Source of the DNA: a plasmid
DNA length: 64,000 nucleotides
Sequence record: CP099787.1
Direction: 5' to 3' (one strand)
This document shows, piece by piece, positions 61,201 to 64,000 of this stretch; positions within the stretch are counted from its first letter, which is position 1; every line of letters begins with the position of its first letter. The position numbers were made by a program, and so were the translations under genes. The notes beneath the pieces are model-generated. The model was not told the DNA's origin. It saw only the letters and a program-made list of their open reading frames with translations, and made no database searches.

Positions 61201-61551
61201 AACAGCATCAAGATGTGCTTGTAGCACATCTTGATTTTCAAAAACCTCTGCCATTATCGAAACAGATTTTGGAGCACTAAACGTTAAATCTATACCAGCT
61301 CTATGATCAATATAACTTTGACCATTTTCATCTTTCCTAACTCGCCCCAACTGTTGATCTTCTACTCTACCTTCTAGCAAGTCTTTAAAAGTATTTGCCT
61401 CAATTTGTTCACCATTAATACCTAATACTTGAGCACCACGACCATACCATTCAGTTTGATCCAATGATTGTTGCTCATTAGTATAATAATTATCTAATTG
61501 GTAGTAAGACAAAGCCTTTCCTGATTCAACTACATTGTTAACACTTAGCAT
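58275..61551 (-). CDS. traI: MOBF relaxase-helicase (TrwC/TraI-like), split into two overlapping ORFs (59452-61551 and 58275-59471)
   Basis: HNTSRALDPQTHTHAVVMN histidine-triad block; Walker A GLAGTGKTT; overlap region 59452-59471 (an A7 run lies about 35 nt downstream, at ~59505). Confidence 0.8.
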
Positions 61552-61562
61552 TATCTACCTAC

Positions 61563-63722
61563 CTAATCATTGTTATTGAACAAGTCTTTAAAACTAGATT
61601 CATTAGAATCATTACTTGAATTAGTGTCAGGAGTAACGTCATTATTTTTCTGAGCACTTGATTCATCGGTTGCGGCAAGATAGCTGGCAAAAGTATGTAG
61701 TCTGTCATTATTAACAACTTTAGGCTTTTCATCTTCGTCCGGGATTATTTCATCTGGTTGAATACCGTTTTTTTCATTAAGTGATAAATCACTATCTTCT
61801 GTTTGAGAATGAAATAAATCTAAAGGTGAATTTTCATAAATAATTTCAGAGGTTGTATTAGATTTCCCAAAGAAACTACTATTTCCAACAAGTGGCTCAG
61901 TAGAATTCCCAAAGAAATTGCCTTCTTCATTTTGTTGTTCTACTAATGGCTCTTTTCCATCAGAATTCGATTGGGATTCTAAAGCTTCAGCAACCGCAAA
62001 CGCAGAAATGAAACCCATATTTTCTCGTTCTATAAATGCTGGAACATTTTTTAAGTGAGGATGATATTTCTGAGTAATCTTCGTAACTGGATAATCACCA
62101 GGAACTCTTAAGTATCCTGTTAGATCTGGCAACTTCATAATTTCAGATGGTAAAACAATAAAGCGTTCTCTCCTTTGAGTAATAAAACTATCACCGTCTC
62201 TTGAATCATTAACCCCCATACTTCTAGACATATTTTTTTCAGCAACTTCCATCTGTCCAAGAATTTCAGACATTCTTTTCGCAGTTTCATTTTCATTAAC
62301 TCGATAGAACACTTTCGTTTGTAAAGCTGAAATTATTGAACGAGCAATTTTTTCTCCGTACTTTTCTTCAAGTTGAGGAATATCTTGTAGTCCTAAAAAA
62401 TGACATAAACCGAATTTACGAGTATTTGTAAGAGATAAAGGTAAATCATCCATTTTTGGTAGAGTTGGGAACTCATCACAATACATCCATAATAGTTCAC
62501 GATGTATTGGTTCTAAGTTCATTACGGCTTTAATGAATATTGAAAACCACAACGTAATAAGTGGTTCAATAGTAGTTTTCTGTTCTTCTCTAAGCGAAAG
62601 GAAAATCCATGAGTCTTCTTCAGGCCGACTTACCCAATCACGTATAGAAAACTGTGTACCGGAATCTGGTAAATAGCGAAATGCTCTTAATTTATTTTGT
62701 ACTGTTGTAAGAACAGCCAGTGCCGTCTTTTCAGCTTTTTTATCAACATGCTTTGAAGCAGCCGTTCCCTCAAGCACAGACGATATTTCTTCAATAGTAA
62801 AATGTGCAATTGTGTCATGGAGAGTCTTATTTGAGTGTATACCATTAGCATGTAATTCACGCATGACTTCAGCTAATACTGTTCTACCAGCTTCGCCAAA
62901 ATAAGGATCTTTACCCTCAACTGGAACAAAAGCATTAGCAATACTATCGAAATGCTCATCATGACGAATTTCAAAAAATGGTGACCAATACGGCATACGT
63001 TCATCAAATGGATTTAGAATAATATCTATACCTGGTCGATAAAATTCTGAAGTGAATTCTCCTGAAGGATCATAAACGATAGCTTTTCTTTTATTGCTTC
63101 TAACCTGAGATAAATGATCTCTAAAAATTTGAGACTTACCAGAACCAGGAGCACCAAAAATACCAACATTCGTACCTTCTGTATTTTTTACCATAGGTAT
63201 GTTAGAAATTTTATATGGACTGAATCCTTTCGTACTTTGGATTTTATAAATTAATGCGTCATTAGAAACTAGTTCTGAACCACGAATTTGTTCATCAGAC
63301 ATTACTTCCTTACCATAAGTAAACCAGTAATAAATAAGACCACCGACTAGAAATGAGCTTAAAAGAATACCTAAAATAAATGCTCGAAAAACATAAAACT
63401 TTAATTGGTTAAAATAGGGATTAATAATGTGCTGAGCTTGATCAAGAGTGTAATCACGTACAACACCATTTAGCTTCAATGCTACTCTCGCATCTGGATT
63501 ATTAAATACTGACTTTAACCAAATATCGTATTGCACACTTAAAGCAAGAAAATGAACATCCTTTAATTTAATGTATAGAAATGCACATACAATGCCAATC
63601 GTAATCATCAGGCCAAAAACTATGACATTCATCATGCTTGAAATAAACATTCGAAATTGATGAATCCATATTTCAGAACCTCTCGTAAATTCGATTGCTT
63701 TTGAGTTATTCTTTGCTTTCAT
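61563..63722 (-). CDS. traD: type IV coupling protein (TraD/TrwB/VirD4 family)
   Basis: N-terminal TM helices; Walker A GAPGSGKS. Confidence 0.8.
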   Translation of the reverse strand: MKAKNNSKAIEFTRGSEIWIHQFRMFISSMMNVIVFGLMITIGIVCAFLYIKLKDVHFLALSVQYDIWLKSVFNNPDARVALKLNGVVRDYTLDQAQHIINPYFNQLKFYVFRAFILGILLSSFLVGGLIYYWFTYGKEVMSDEQIRGSELVSNDALIYKIQSTKGFSPYKISNIPMVKNTEGTNVGIFGAPGSGKSQIFRDHLSQVRSNKRKAIVYDPSGEFTSEFYRPGIDIILNPFDERMPYWSPFFEIRHDEHFDSIANAFVPVEGKDPYFGEAGRTVLAEVMRELHANGIHSNKTLHDTIAHFTIEEISSVLEGTAASKHVDKKAEKTALAVLTTVQNKLRAFRYLPDSGTQFSIRDWVSRPEEDSWIFLSLREEQKTTIEPLITLWFSIFIKAVMNLEPIHRELLWMYCDEFPTLPKMDDLPLSLTNTRKFGLCHFLGLQDIPQLEEKYGEKIARSIISALQTKVFYRVNENETAKRMSEILGQMEVAEKNMSRSMGVNDSRDGDSFITQRRERFIVLPSEIMKLPDLTGYLRVPGDYPVTKITQKYHPHLKNVPAFIERENMGFISAFAVAEALESQSNSDGKEPLVEQQNEEGNFFGNSTEPLVGNSSFFGKSNTTSEIIYENSPLDLFHSQTEDSDLSLNEKNGIQPDEIIPDEDEKPKVVNNDRLHTFASYLAATDESSAQKNNDVTPDTNSSNDSNESSFKDLFNNND

Positions 63723-63726
63723 TCAA

Positions 63727-63927
63727 TTAAGCCTCTGATTGATTACGACGTTTAGCAACTGACTCTCTAGCTTCTTTTGATGCTTGTAAAAAGAGAGCTT
63801 CACCAGTGGTTTCGCGTTTATTAAAGTCTTTAACTAATGGCAGATTTTTATATTTAGCAGCTTCCAAGAAAGTTAAAGTAGCAATGAACTCTTCAGTTTG
63901 TTTATTCAAACCGTTTTCATAAATCAA
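63727..63927 (-). CDS. small putative relaxosome accessory protein (TrwA-position)
   Basis: Position upstream of the coupling-protein gene, as in R388 trwA-B-C. Confidence 0.3.
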   Translation of the reverse strand: MIYENGLNKQTEEFIATLTFLEAAKYKNLPLVKDFNKRETTGEALFLQASKEARESVAKRRNQSEA

Positions 63928-64000
63928 CTTAGCTAAACTAGAATTTGAGATATCAAATTTTTCATCAATAAAATGAGATTGGTTCGTAAAACTCTGATTG

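Overview
This AT-rich 64 kb window looks like a large conjugative plasmid backbone plus accessory load. Nearly all genes lie on the minus strand. The host cannot be determined from the sequence alone; no tool was run and all homology calls are by eye.

Right half, about 32.4 to 64 kb: a complete F-type type IV secretion system (traA, L, E, K, B, V, C, trbI, traW, U, trbC, traN, F, H, G, plus a DsbC-like protein, an S26 pilin peptidase and two lytic transglycosylases). It is followed by an R388-like DNA-transfer module: a small accessory protein, a VirD4/TraD-type coupling protein, and a TrwC/TraI-type MOBF relaxase-helicase.

Left half, 1 to 26 kb:
- ParA and a KorB-like ParB
- a replicase/primase-type Rep, with a candidate antisense countertranscript in its leader
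- an H-NS-like protein and a thermonuclease
- two PAPS-reductase-like PP-loop enzymes (one frameshifted) beside an N6-adenine methyltransferase remnant
- a TelA-like gene
- many small membrane, lipo- and hypothetical proteins

26 to 32.4 kb: an orphan umuC (no umuD) flanked by two paralogous membrane-anchored HExxH zinc-metallopeptidase-like proteins.

52.7 to 58.2 kb: a serine resolvase and a plus-strand island of small membrane proteins.

No IS transposase, CRISPR array, tRNA or rRNA was found.

The most striking signals are non-coding and repeated across the window:
1. A 16-bp perfect palindrome, GTTGCGGATCCGCAAC, occurs about 8 times intact or near-intact plus several half-sites. Intergenic copies extend to 18-30 bp perfect palindromes; other copies sit in-frame inside CDSs.
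2. A covarying stem-loop immediately 5' of an extended Shine-Dalgarno (consensus GAGC-N4-GCUU-AAGGAG) lies upstream of more than 20 unrelated genes on both strands.
3. A roughly 180-bp highly structured element is present in three copies in the leaders of three different minus-strand genes.
4. A TAGTATAAT-type -10 and a TTGCAGCACTTTGAT promoter box are shared between the tra operon and the rep region.

Seven genes (a methyltransferase, a PAPS reductase, a hypothetical pair, traG, traN, traB, traI) are split into adjacent or overlapping ORFs; for six of the seven a homopolymer run was seen at the junction (none was checked for traN). This is either long-read indel error or genuine decay of the transfer system.

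Coordinates of small motifs may be off by 1-2 nt.
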